Notes: generated by a model not told the origin, from the sequence alone. DNA of 64,000 nt from Phoronis australis (GCA_002633005.1 NMRA01000066.1:1079743-1143742); one strand, 5' to 3'. Positions 23,851 to 36,825 are shown, counted from the first letter of the stretch. Program-made: numbers and translations.

Positions 23851-25004
23851 GTTCGAAGTCTGCCCGATGTCAGCACCGAGATGGATGCGGTGAAGTTCTT
23901 TCAGGATCGGCTGGAGCGACGTGACGAAAAGTGGGTACTTATTAAGAGCCTTGCTGGTCACCTGTCACAGGCGTCGCAAGAGATCCGCCAGTGCGTTGGG
24001 CCGCAAACCGAGTTCAAGCGGTTCCTGGTAAAACATCCTCACATCTTTGAGGTGGAGCACGAAATGGTCAGCTTACGCGATCATCCTTTCGAGAAGACAA
24101 AGTCTTCTCCGCGTGATCTCCCTCCTGCCAGTGCTTCCTCTGGCCCTGTTGTTGTGACCACCAATGGTGACAGCTCTGCAGTAAGACGACGACCTAAGCC
24201 ATACGGGGGCAGCAAGAGCATGCCGCGGCCGAAGAGCGAGGGGTTTCTGGATGGGTCGAGTCATCACAAGGCTGGTGGGCGGCCGTGTCCAGTTAGCATG
24301 AGTGCCAATGAATATAAGGCGGTCCAGTTCGTGAAGGGTATTGTGGAAAAGAGCCAAAGGGGGGCAGTCAAGGTGCATAATATCACGAGTCATTTCAGTC
24401 AAGCACCGGACAGTATACGCAATACGGTCGGCTGGACAAAATATGAACTTGAGGAATTTGTGAAGAAGTTTCCAAGTGTATTCCATGTTAGTGAGAATGG
24501 TGATCTGACGTTGAACAAGTCGGACCGTCTCCATGTGATCATCACAGGGTCACGACCTTCGCTCCAGGGCGTGCAGACGCTGACAGGCCGTAAGGGTAAG
24601 ATTTACCATGTAGCAAAGTTATGGGGAATTGTTGACTTGGGGAAACACGAACATGTATTCTTTGATAAGTCGATCATGCCCAAAGACTATGAGGACTTGC
24701 AGAAGCATTTTAAAGTGGGTGAGACATTGTGTTTTAACGCCGTACTAGCACCAAAGAAAAGCCGCGCCAAGTGGCGTGCGACCAAAGTGTGGAAGGATAC
24801 GGAGAGTGAACAGGCAGACACTCTGAGCTCTGGGCGCTCAGCCGACACTGGAAGTGAGTCGTCTGAGAGCTACGAGTCGGAAGTGAGACAAGTGCTGCTA
24901 CGTAGTGACCACGATATGGAGGCTCAAGAGAGCGCCCACGCTGCCGAGATCCTGGAGGAGTTGAACTGTCCCAGTTCAGGCGGAGTAATATGGAACTTCA
25001 ACAG
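23851..25004 (+). CDS. Egalitarian-like protein, coding exon 3 (second and third Egl-type repeats, cold-shock/OB-like domain, acidic Ser-rich linker)
   Basis: 1154-bp open exon containing the 375-aa ORF 23881-25008. Acceptor tttcttcaatatag| (phase 0). Repeats AVKFFQDRL..IKSLAGHLSQASQEIRQCVG..FKRFLVKHPHIF and AVQFVKGIV..VHNITSHFSQAPDSIRNTVG..LEEFVKKFPSVF. Then GKIYHVAKLWGIVDLGKHEHVFFDKS..FKVGETLCFNAV..KWRATKVW. Donor ag|gtagga at 25005 (phase 2). Confidence 0.93.
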
Positions 25005-26386
25005 GTAGGAACTGCCAGACAAATTTCTTTTGTGGAATTTGTGTCAGATTTTTGTATTTTATTTTTGTAAATAGAGAGTTGGTTTGCTGTGATAACAGAA
25101 AATGATCAAAATTGACATTTTTTGTGGAATTCAAGACCCGAGGTCACGCCTAGGCTTGAAAATTGACCAAGAGCATGGCACGCTTTAGGTACTTTACTTA
25201 TATAGATTTGTGCTCTAATCATATCACGTGATTTGTTAGTTTCGAGCCTGAGCCTAAGTTGGGTCTGAATTTGGAAATTAGATTAGTAGTACAATGGTAC
25301 CAAAATTCTCAACTTGATTCTTAATTTTAATTTTGCAAGTAGAATCAATCCAATTTGTAACTTGAGGCCAACTTTGTACTCAATTCAACCCACTGTCACT
25401 TTGCAGCTGAGATTTTGTTCAGTCAGTATTACCAACTGTTAGTAAAAACGTCAAAAAGGACATGCATGCTAGGTATGGTGGCCTTAAAAATGGCACTATG
25501 TTTGATTTTTCTCATCAGCTGTCTTACATTTGATTTTTATTCAAGTCCAATATTCATATATTTATAGTATAAAATGACAGCTTTTTTCATTGCTCCTTTT
25601 AACATTTCTCAAAATTCATTATTTGTGCCCCAAACGTGCGAGCTGTTTTGGACGGCTTCTAATGATTTCAGTTATGCGGCAAGTCTTGATTGGCCCTTTT
25701 CAGACATTTTGAATTTTCATCCCCTTTCCAGTTTTGAACATCAAATTCTCTTGGGTGTGTGGGTCAAATTGCATGAAGTTTTGCTCACTTATTATGTGGT
25801 CCATTGCTGAGAGAAAGTTGTCTCAGATTTTTGATGTTATGTTGAACAACGGGAATATTGGTTGTAATGTGTGAAGACTGATGACAATGTTTTAAAAATG
25901 GACTGTGATGTCTATTATGTATGTTGTTTGAGGGTAGATTAAAAGTTTAAGACATGGTTGTTCTTTACCTCTTGACGATAAGACTACAAGGTTGAAACAC
26001 AAAGTTGTCCAAAGTTTAGGTTCTTTAGATATTCATGTTGATTTCAAAAATAATTATTTTCACAAAAATGGCGTCAAGTGATTATGAACGATTGTGCAGT
26101 GTTTTGGAGCATAAATTAAGGTTTTTAGTCATAGAAGATTCAGGAAATACTTAATGTAGGTTAAAAATGGACAGCTAAATATTGTTGAAACGTGGGAGGA
26201 TGTCACGAAGATTGACAGTTACCTTAAGCACACTGTGTGCTTCGGCAATAGAAAAATCATACGCCAAAAATGGCCATGAGTCCACACTCTTAAGTCATGT
26301 GCATGTAAACAGTCTATAGTTTAAACAGTCTGATGTTATCAATAGGATGTGCCAGCCGTGATCTTATTCTCGGTTTCATCTTTTAG

Positions 26387-26490
26387 TCCGGAAGATTCTG
26401 GATCAGGTGACGACGAGTCAGTGAGAAGTGGGCCGTCCAGAAGAACACTAGCGCCCTCTCCAGATAACTCCTTTATGCAGTATATGTTGG
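26387..26490 (+). CDS. Egalitarian-like protein, coding exon 4 (disordered linker)
   Basis: Acceptor tttcatcttttag| matches phase 2. Reads SPEDSGSGDDESVRSGPSRRTLAPSPDNSFMQYML. Donor g|gtaatt at 26491 (phase 1). GC-richer than its flanks. Confidence 0.8.
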
Positions 26491-27621
26491 GTAATTGCTC
26501 ACTTCTTGTCAGCTGTTTTAAATTGTCATTCAAATGTCTACTTGTCTTATGGCATTTTGAATTTTCTATTCAATACTTAAGTTTCCAAAACACCCACTGC
26601 TCATCAAAAATCAGCAAAATTTTGGAAGTACTTTTTGATATTTTTTAAGGCAGCTGTAAAGCTGTCTTTCATCGTTATGGAATTGGTCTCAAATTGATCT
26701 TTGTCAGTTGAAGATGATTTCAGGACTTCAAAAAGGCTGATAGTTTGTTTAGGCTGCAGTACAAGTTGGCTTGTCGTAGACACGTAACCTGTGTGTAAAT
26801 AACTATTTACAGACGCGCTTGAGATGGTAGTTACACCATGGAACACAAGCTTTCTTATATTTTGCAAATCAAAACGTTACCTGTGGTAGTTGCAAGGCCT
26901 AAATGAACCAAAACACAGCACTGTGTGCTAACGAACACAGAAAAACTCTTGTGATGAAAGAAGTTTTCATAATATGCAGAAATTTGAACATGTTTGTTAC
27001 AAATGTTTAGTCCTCACACCATTTTGTCAACAGTACCTCGGCTCTGCTGTAAAGTTAATGTAATTGTGATTTGAGAAAAGGTGCCAAGTGTTGACCTACT
27101 GACCTAGTTTTTACTTGTATGCCCTTCTGAAACGAAAGTAGTATTCGTTTTGTTTTTTTCTGGCGGAAAAGCAAACAGACGAGAGTCATTTTTAAATGGT
27201 CTGTTTTATTGCAAAGATTTCTTTAACTTTGTATTTCAATTTTTTGCGAAAGACACGTGAACAGAACATAGAATGATTTTTTATATTTTAGGTGTGTTGT
27301 GAAATGGTCATTAAGAATAACAAACTATCAGTTCCTTGGGAACTCAGAAATCACTTCCCTTCTGAGTAAGGAAACTGTTGAGACCAATTTTATAAAAATA
27401 GGTTATACAAATCAAAATTTTGGTTCTTAGACGGAACACGGTTTTGTAGCTGCTTCAAGTGATTTAGTAGTATTTTTTGATTTCCTTCTAGGGTTTTGCC
27501 ATAACTTCTGACAGGAATTGATCAAAAGTTTATAACTGGATTTTCAGAAAAAATGTCAAAATCTTTCCAATCTTTCTTTCAAATGTCATGCATCAACTGT
27601 TCATTTGTTTTCTCTTCACAG

Positions 27622-27806
27622 ATGGTAAAGCGCCCCCTGGCTACATGCTGGTACCCATACCTAAGGTGGGCGATGGAGGAGGGAAGGCAACGAAGTCTGT
27701 TGAAGATTTATCGACAGGGAGAGCTGTTCAGAAGTTTGTCAGTGTTGCTTGTCAGACAGTGTCGACAGGCGACATTATGGCCACAAAACTTTACAGCGAA
27801 GACTAA
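27622..27806 (+). CDS. Egalitarian-like protein, last coding exon with LC8/dynein light chain-binding tail
   Basis: Acceptor ttttctcttcacag| matches phase 1. Ends KFVSVACQTVSTGDIMATKLYSED-TAA, similar to the recalled Egl C-terminus (VDAESQTLSTGDVL). Confidence 0.88.
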
Positions 27807-30800
27807 ACGTCAATGTGTGTGCATGTGTGCAGGGATCAGTAATTTACCCATAGTTCAAAAAATGGCAATAGCTCATTTAAGTTGAAAAGTTTTGGTCACT
27901 TTCCAGTGAAGACTGTAAAAGAAAAACTGATGAAAGTAGTCAATCAGTGGGAGTTTTAAACATTTTTTGAAGTGGAATCTGAGGTCAAAGAACTGAAGGA
28001 AATTTTCAGACAAAGATGGCAGAGAAGTGAAATGAGGAGAGGAAATTTTATTATTTTTTCCGTATAAAGTGGCGCTATGCTTTCATAATACTACGGATAT
28101 TGAGGTCTTAGTTTAAAAAGCCTATTTGTTGTTATACATGGCTGGGCCAAGATTCTAGCTGTACACGACTTGATCTCAGAACTTTGTTTTTGGGCAGAAA
28201 TGATTTGTGGTCAGAATAATGTTATCAATGCCTGTGATCACACGCATGTGCAGCAATTGTTTTTTTTAAGTAGAAGTTGTTTAACGTGTAAACGTGAGAT
28301 GCTGCCGTGCTGGGAAACACCTGTCTATTCTAAATCTGTTCAGATAAAGGAAATAGACCACTTCTTTGTTAGTTCCTGTGCAGAACTTGAACGAAATGCC
28401 GTCGTAACAAAAGTGCTCGTTGAAGTTGCAGTAAAGCTTTCGTGTCGCTTCACCGATGATCCAGCGCCACAGAACTGAGCGTAGTCTTGTGTTACTGGCT
28501 AATATTGTCTTAAGAGAGATCTGATTTGAACCAAGCACAGGGTGAAACTAGAGTTAAAGATACGTTGCCTTGCGCAGTACTTGCCAAAAGTATTCAGACA
28601 GAATGACTTGCCCGTCATGATGGCAGGGCAGACAAACTCGTGAGAATAGTCTCCCCTCATAACTGAGAATGAAGGAGAATTGACGGGAAAGTTAGTAAGG
28701 TGGCTACGTTTATGTGCAATTGGAATTGTGCTTCCATAATAGTCATTACTAGTCATTTTGGCTGTTTTTAGAATTAGCTGTCATCCCGGGAAATGGTATT
28801 TCATCTGGTTGCTTTTGTCTTGTACTGTAATCTCCATGAAACTGCTGACTGGAATTGCATTTTGTATTATTTTTCATATACATTAGTTAGACTTAGGTCA
28901 AGTCGTGAAGAAGTATGTCAAGTGTGTCTTCCAAACTCTGCATTTAATGTTAATCCTAATAATATATTTATTTATTTATTTCCTATCGGCATAATGGTGG
29001 AGTAGCACCTTGTTGTCTTTACAAATTAATTAAGGATGCTGTTTAGTACTCGTCTTACCTGTAAAAAGATCTTTAGTATGCGAGATGCCTGGACTGGTGT
29101 AGTGGGCGACTTTGGAGTAGACGTGACTGATCACGTTGGACTGGATACTAGTGCCTTCTAGAAGACAAGGAGCTCATGTCTAGTGGCATACACTGTAGAA
29201 TGGCCTTTTAGTTGATTGCAGTGAAGAAGTACCTTCTGGTACACCCAGGTGGTGATAAACTTACATGTCCCATGTGATCAGCCCCCATTGTTTTATGAAA
29301 GTCTCCCTATTGTTTTCAGAATTTCCTTATCATCCGTGAGTGTGTTCAGTTTTAAAGTGGCCATAAACCGATGTTCCTTTGTTTGGAAGCAAAATTGATT
29401 TAGGCCACATACTGCTACCAAGTTGGTCTCAAGTTGTTTGTTGCGCAGGCGAGAAGGGATTTCTGGCCCTCCAAGAAACTGCCAGTTTGTTATTTCTGGA
29501 GACCATGCTCACGCGTAAAGTGACAAGCCAATTTAGAGAGCCTAGTTATCACCGATTTCACTACAAAGGAACAATTTGAGACCAATTTCATAACATGGTG
29601 AAGTCTAAATCAAAAGTTGTTTTTTTGTGATGGAAGGTGGGTTTATAGGTAATTGAAAGTTGTTTCTTCTCCCGTTACTGTAGTTTCTAAATTGGGGGAA
29701 TAGCCACGTACAGGGGTCCCACATTTTGGGAACCACTTGAACCTCTGTAATTCAGTGGACAAAGTAGGTTCTCAGAAAGGGGACCTCGGTAAATGACTAT
29801 TACTTTAGGTGGCATGGCTTCGCGTCTCTGTCACAAATTTTTGGGCCTTTCCATTAGTCGTATTTGTTCTGTAATATCAAATTGTTAGCTGTCAGTTCTC
29901 AGTTGGCATAATGTATACACAGTTACAGGACTGTCTACTGGGGATTACTGAAAGAGTCTGTTCCAGGAAAGAGCTCCCACAATGCTGTTTCAGAAATAAA
30001 GGAGTTTTTTGGGACTGGTGTGCATGTCTGACATATATATGTAAAGGGTTGGCATGGTATCATTAATTTCAAGTTTTTAGGCCCTATGGCGTTGAAAAGG
30101 GCTGTTTAAAGTTTTTAAGTTGAGTACTTGTCAACTATTTTTCCTAAAAGATCCCCCTGCAAAATCACTTGAAAATGGAGTTTCTAAAAAGCTCTTGGAG
30201 GGTCTTTCGGAAACCCGGGTATGCTCAGATCCATACAAAAAATTGTCATAACACGGTTAAGAAATTGTGTCTTGCAGTTTCCCATTTAATAAAAATTATA
30301 CAAAACGCCTTGAAGGATAAGAGAACATATTATGTGATTATCAGAGCTAATGTGTACAGTGATTAGATGGTGGGTGTTCTGTAAAAGTTGACACAACTTG
30401 TGTTTGTTCAAGTTGACAAAAAATTGTGTTTGTTCTATTGCAAGACTGGTGCTGGAGCTATCTGAGTATTCTAAATATTCATGTTAAAAGGTCAGTGTGA
30501 CTCAGTATAGTAATCATGTTTGTCATTATCGTATTTTGTATTTTTATATATTCACTCAATGTTATATTTTTATTTAGTGGGTGCTGTTTTGTTTTGTGTG
30601 AATGTCTTAAAATGACTCAGCTCGTTTTTTTTTTTGAAAATGTGCGATTAGTCTGTTGTGTATTTTTCCAAATTTACTTATTCAGGAGCATCTGTTTCAT
30701 GAAATAGATCTCTTTTTTGTCTTTTCTCCAAAAAATCTTGCTTTGATTTGATTATTTGTATTATCTGTGTCATTCTCTGGCTTCCTTGTTATGTAATAAG

Positions 30801-32040
30801 AAACATTTTGGACAGTTCTTTGCAAACATAATTTGTTTTATGCGTTTCTAGTTTCCAACACTCTTCTAACACTACAATAAGTGACTTCACATAGTTAAAT
30901 TAAATCCAGTGTCTTCACCGAGATTAGGTTTGACAAATTGGTGAAGGATTTCTTTTGTTTGGAATGATCACTGAAGAATAACTTACCATTTTATGTTGCC
31001 TTCATTGGATATAAAAAATCCTAATTTACATTCATTTCTGTTACCCTGGCCCTCTGCAACTGTGCATGGAATAATGTGACGTCACTCAGTAAAAGGCCGA
31101 CGCACTATGTCTCCATCGACTCACTCCCTATTGAACAGTTTGTGTTGTAGTTGTGTGTGTTCAATGGTGGCGATTGTTGACACCTGATGGTGGCATTTTG
31201 CAGAGCCCTTCAGGTTATTCTGTTGTTGCATGCGTTGTTGCAGGAGACCTGGAAAATGGTGAATTGGTTCTGTTAAATATCTCCAAGGTAACTAGGAATT
31301 TTTCTTTTACTTCCATTGAAAGTTAACATTCAGTTGTTTGATGAGTATACACGCAGATGTACTTGCACCAGTCTGAACACTGATGCCCATTGTATGGAAG
31401 TGACTTGTGGAATGAGACAAGATTATTTTGAATTTTCTATTTGTGAACAAGCTGAAATTTCCACCATAATATTGCAAGGCGGGGGCACCGTTTGACGTAA
31501 ACTAAACTCCCGCTATTTCCTCCGCATCGCTATCCCTAATGACAGCTGTTATTTGTCCAAAACTGGTTAGTTTTTTAGTTATTGGCTCCCACAAATCGTG
31601 TGAAATACTTTTCAGAGGTTATTTCCGCAAGGTGGCGTCGGTGTTCAGATTGGTTCCAGCAGGTGATTAAACGGCTTGAATGGTGTTTTTTTACGTCAAC
31701 TATTTATCGTGAAACTTTTGAAAGCTCTGTCATAACGGGAGCCATGAGTAACACAAGTATCTAATTTATTTATTAATGATAAAATATATACACCATTCTG
31801 AGGTGAAGTAAACATTTATGCCTATAATAATTATGTACAGTGATGTAATTCAGTATAATAAATATAATTAATGGAGTGCAATACCATAAAAGTGAGCTAT
31901 GTCAATCGTAGGGTGTTTCGAGAATGTACTTTGTACATTTCGTTTGTTGAATTCCCGTTTTTGTTAGTGTCTGTATGATTTGTAATCATGACAAAAATAC
32001 TTATGGTTCAATAAATACATTAGTTATAAAATATTGGATA
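27807..32040 (+). other. Putative long 3' UTR of the Egalitarian-like gene
   Basis: T/GT-rich + strand with no recognisable transposon ends or credible exons. AATAAA near 31857 and at 32010-32015, followed by U/GU-rich tctttttgtt at 32041. The T-rich bias fades after about 32 kb. The true end cannot be proven without RNA data. Confidence 0.45.
32010..32015 (+). promoter_or_regulatory. Candidate polyadenylation signal
   Basis: AATAAA with a downstream U/GU-rich element about 25 nt later. Confidence 0.4.
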
Positions 32041-33829
32041 TCTTTTTGTTCAATTGAGACGCCATTTTTGAGAAGTCTTTGATCAATTTGGCATATTTTA
32101 GTGAGCACAAAACAGAGTTTGAAACGTTATAATCGATTTTTATAGAAATAAACAACTATTCTTAATTTGACACACGATGCAAACACCGTTTGTCATACCG
32201 ACTCAATCGCTGTTGTTATTTTATTGCCCATTTCTGAAATAATTTCTCAATACAAACGGAAAATTTGTATCTACGAAAACTGAGATTGATAATCGATGAC
32301 TAATCTGTTCAACACAGATATCAGAACGGAAAAACGAGAGAACGCTGACATTTCCAGAACTTGCTCTCTACGCCAAAACTTCAGTTTGAATAAATGCATT
32401 TCATCTTTCCCCCCTCAACAGGGTAGGCACGTTTGTCTGCTAGGCGTCGTACAGCCTTCTCAAATTGAGCTCCCTTCGCTTTTCAACAACACCTTGCTGC
32501 GCTATTTGTGCAGCGGGTCAGCTTGATGGAGTTGACACTAACTTCAGGTAAATATAATGCTGTGTCCTGTTTTTCAATGAACGGTCTTAGCGATTCCTGG
32601 CGATCAGCATTGGTGTTTCAGCAGGACGCGTAGATTTCGACCGCCGTAACTGTGCCGACACATTCTCTGGTAAGCGCCAGGTGTCGCTAGTGACTCTTCT
32701 GGCACAACTGACTTGACACTTGACTATCGATGTTTCATCCACCGATGCCGTATTTATCTGCCAGTTCACCCTAATGCCAGTCATATTAGGATTATCATAC
32801 TTAAGACGAAATATTGACCAGCGTTGGCATTGCTTTTAACAGGACATGCATTTGTGAAAGAAGCTGCGCGCTTGTGATTTCATGGAACTAAATATTCTTC
32901 GGTAAGTTTATACATATTAGCTAGTTTGAGGGTTGGTCAATTCCTTGTTGCTTTATCGAAAGGACAATTGGGTAGTATTTTTTGTCTGCCTCGTCCATGC
33001 GAGATAAATATCTCTGGCTAAAAACGGGCCCGGGACATTTGCTATAGCTGTTGACCAGAAATACGAAAGTCGCCTCTTTTTCTTTGAAAAATGGTGACGA
33101 CTTTCTATCAGTCAGGGCCAGATAGAAAAAAACAAACGCAGCTGTCCTTTCCACACCACCGTAATTTTAGCTTGAGCCCGGCGGAAGCGCACTAGGTTTC
33201 TCGTAAAGTACCACTCCACTCTTCACCGTAACATTTGTCGTGTTTTGCACCTTCCTCTACAAGACATGTGTCATGGATATTCGTTGTACGGGACAGCCGT
33301 CCGATTTGTAATTTATGAATTGGGTGACATGTTGAAGTCGACTGCGACATTGATTAGGACCACCTGGGCACCGTAATCAAAGGCCATGGGTATAGTAAGA
33401 CAGTCGTACCTTGATTTTTTATTGGCAGACAATTATTCATTAATGTGGTTTATGAACTGAGATTGTCCTTTAGTTTATACCGAAGAAATTGACGATTGAT
33501 TTGACAATTCCGCCAAGTAAACCGATTTTTGATATTCACTCGACAAACTTTGCAGTGATCTCATTGGCCGATAGATGAGACGCAACAACCTTGTCGGCTA
33601 TATAAATCGAGTTTTTGCTATTCTCCTAACAAACTTTTCGACAAGCCATTACCTTACGTAACATGGCTACGAGTCAAGACCTACATGTATGTTTCGTCAC
33701 GAAAACAGTTTCTCTATCATGGTGAGTGACATGAAGTGACTGATTAGAAAGCGCGCAAGGTTACCAAATTCAAATTAAACGGACACTGTCGGTTTTGACG
33801 GCCAAAAAACGCATTTTGGGATCAGGGTC

Positions 33830-33985
33830 TATCGTTGCATGGGAGAGACTTCTTGAACAACTATTTACTTTGACCAGAGCTATAAAATAACAATATCCGA
33901 TGTTTTTGTGATTTATTGCAAATCGCCAATTCTCGCCGATGTCTGCGAGACATTCTGAAACCAAGGTCTGTGTACTTACTATGTA
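33830..33985. repeat. Degenerate dispersed repeat, second copy at about 37835-37992
   Basis: actttgac.agagct...tttttgtgattta...caattctcg.cgatgt...aa.caagg is shared in direct orientation. Confidence 0.55.
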
Positions 33986-36577
33986 TGAAGCGCCAAACGA
34001 GTAGCTTTCTGCGCTTTGAAATGTGCTTAACCGACACGTAGTTTCAGTGCTGAATCACAACGCCTAGTTTTGCTTAATTTACGCGTAGGCCTACTTTTAA
34101 TTCTTAAACGATCACCGTTCTGCCCTTAATCAACACGCTGAATTAGCTATTTGTTACGTCCCATAAGAGACAAGTTTACATTCAGTACGTAACGGCGCCA
34201 TCGCTCACGTGTACACCTGATAATAATCTACAACATTCTTCGAAAGTTACCTTGCACCCATGTAAAAAGTCTTCCATCATTTTGAGATTTGGGAACACGG
34301 AAGTAATTGGGTTACATGGGCTGATTAAAAGTAGGCGTTGAATAAGCTATTAGGCAATATGTCAAAATGTATCTGATTCAGTTTTAACAGCTTATTATTT
34401 AAAATGACTTATTCTTATTAAAATGACATAGGCAAAAAATTGAATTTCAGGCCTCAAAAGCGAGGCCTCCTATATTAATATAGGGGACCTCGCCGAAATT
34501 CTTGAAAATACAACTACATTGTTTTTAAAACGTTCAAATGGGCTTAAAAACAATGTACTTATATTTCCGGATACTTTAAAACAAATTGCCGTAGAACATT
34601 ACAAATTCAAAGGGTTTTTGTGAAATACATGTAATACACTGGTGGGATAGCAATTTCCGCTGTTTTGCTGTTACGATAATTGACTTAATTTCCTAAGACC
34701 ATATTTCCTCTGGTGACCAATCAAAGCTTAGCTTGACACTTCAAGCAAGTTCCAACAAAAAGTTTAGTTTTCTAAAATTCAAAAGTCTTCGTTAAGCACA
34801 ATCTCAAGTTTATTTTTGAAAAGTCATGAAGTTTCAGATCAACGTTTATGCTTTTAAAGTGAAGGTTTCGTTAAGTTTTGTCCCGGCCCAGCGAAGATTT
34901 GAATTATTTTAACCACACGCAACTGTACATGCAGCGCAGTGCCTACACCAGAAGTTTTTCAAAAAGTGATTCTTGTATTCATGAGATATCAGACTACATA
35001 TGTTCATAAAATGTCAATATGCTAATTTGTGGTTGGTTATCGAACCCTTTCCAAGTGGTGCTCAAACGAGGCAGTGTGGCCTACTTGGAAAAGTGTCCGC
35101 TTCCTTTATTGATGGTCGTGGGTTGGAGTCCCGCTGGGGCACAATGATAAACTCTTGAGTCAGATGCCTAGCTCCTCATCTTAGTTTTAACCATGTATTA
35201 CTATAGCATAAAAATGACTCTATATGATCAGTGTAATGGGCCCACCTCAGTGGCCTGCACACGTCTGGTACAACGTGTACCAAACAGCTTGCAGTTTATA
35301 TAAAAAGCGGTACATGATTCTTACCACGAAAATCAAATCAGGCTATTTCATACTCGCATGCAATTTTGAAGTCAAGCCATCTTCAGTTGGATTTATTGTA
35401 CTTCCATCACAGTACGTGACCATGCAACTATATAGGCCTGGTTCAATAACCTTACCGTACCCGTTTTTGCAGGATTCGTTGTTTAGGCCACAGAAGTCAT
35501 AGTATTTTGTTCTTGTCTGTGTACGTTATGGAAAGTGATGCACTGATGTGACATTTTTAGCTTCTTCTTATTTTTTTTTCAAAAACAAATTAAAGCCTTC
35601 TGATATCACGAAACGTGGCGCGGGAATGTTTGAGTTATTCAGCCTAAACCTTCTTCAGTGAAACAGCGACGTAATTGGCTGTACTGAACGGTAAGCATAA
35701 CATGTTTGCTTGCACCGATAGTGGAGGAGTTGATTGCAAGCGGCGGTAACATAACGAAATGACTCGAAGTGTTGACGAACCATGGTGTTGTGATAGCGAC
35801 GACACGGGAAGGACACTGGTGGTATAAATACGAGTCCATCACGTCAATGGTGTAAACGTTTACTCTCGGTTGCCTATAGTACCCGAAACATAACGTGTGT
35901 GTTACAAACACCATAGTCAAGTCATAATGAAATTTCAAGTTGGTAAAAGGATTAAAAATTGAGAGTTGTACAGTTGCGTTCTAGTGTGTTCGATTGATAA
36001 GCATTTTAAGAAGAACCCGATTAATTAAGATTAGTGTATTAATCTACTATATTCTATTAACGGTCAAATTAAAGTGCCAATTCTTAAACAAAATGTTTCG
36101 TAGGTCTCTTGCCGTTTGAAACAGACGATATAGTGATGTTTCACGTTCATTGAAATCTGCTTTACAATTCTCTCACCCACTTCTGAAGAACAAGGTGGAT
36201 TTTGTCAGTCTCAACCACACGAGTATGACTTCGACAGGTTCAGTCACACCATCAAAAACGAAAAAATATCACAACAGAAATTGTGGATTTGTTAATAAAC
36301 GTTTAATGTAGTTTACTCATCTCATCGGTTCATAAAAGTTACAAAAATATGAAAGATACACCACACATACGTCCACTTGCATTAATGATTACTAACTATG
36401 ACTTTCCCACGGTCAGTGACAAGTTGTTCTCGGTGATTAGTCGACTCCATTTTTTGTTTTCTCCCGAGGAGACTTGGTGAAAACTTTTTTAATCAGTATT
36501 AAGCTTCGGGTATATTTCAATAGCTGTCTTGCGGAGGGAAATGTCTAGCCAAAATCACGTGCTCTCATTGAACATAC

Positions 36578-36809
36578 CAGAGGCTGATCTACAGGGGGGT
36601 CAGGGGGTTCAACCCCCCCTCGGGACAGGATCAAAAATAAAAATTGAAATAAATTTCGCCAGAAAAATGAAATCAGCTACTAAAAACCACAAAAATGTTA
36701 CACGGGGAGGCAGAAACCCCCTCCCGACCTTCCTTCCGCTTGGCGCTACACGCCTCGGATTCACTCGAATCCTAACCCCCCCCTTACAGAAAACGTAGAT
36801 TTGCTACTG
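36578..36809. mobile_element. MITE family A, copy 2
   Basis: TIR cagaggctgatctac / gtagatttgctactg. TSD CATAC at 36573-36577 and 36810-36814. Internal sequence homologous to 2856-3092. Confidence 0.9.
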
Positions 36810-36825
36810 CATACACACCGATTTG

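Noticed and set aside
24073-24534. 153-aa antisense ORF
   Set aside because: Shadow of coding exon 3 on the opposite strand; no recognisable motifs.
25005-27621. Hidden exonuclease-domain exons of a canonical Egalitarian
   Set aside because: No DEDD-like or otherwise coding-like frame in either intron, and the flanking exons already join in phase.
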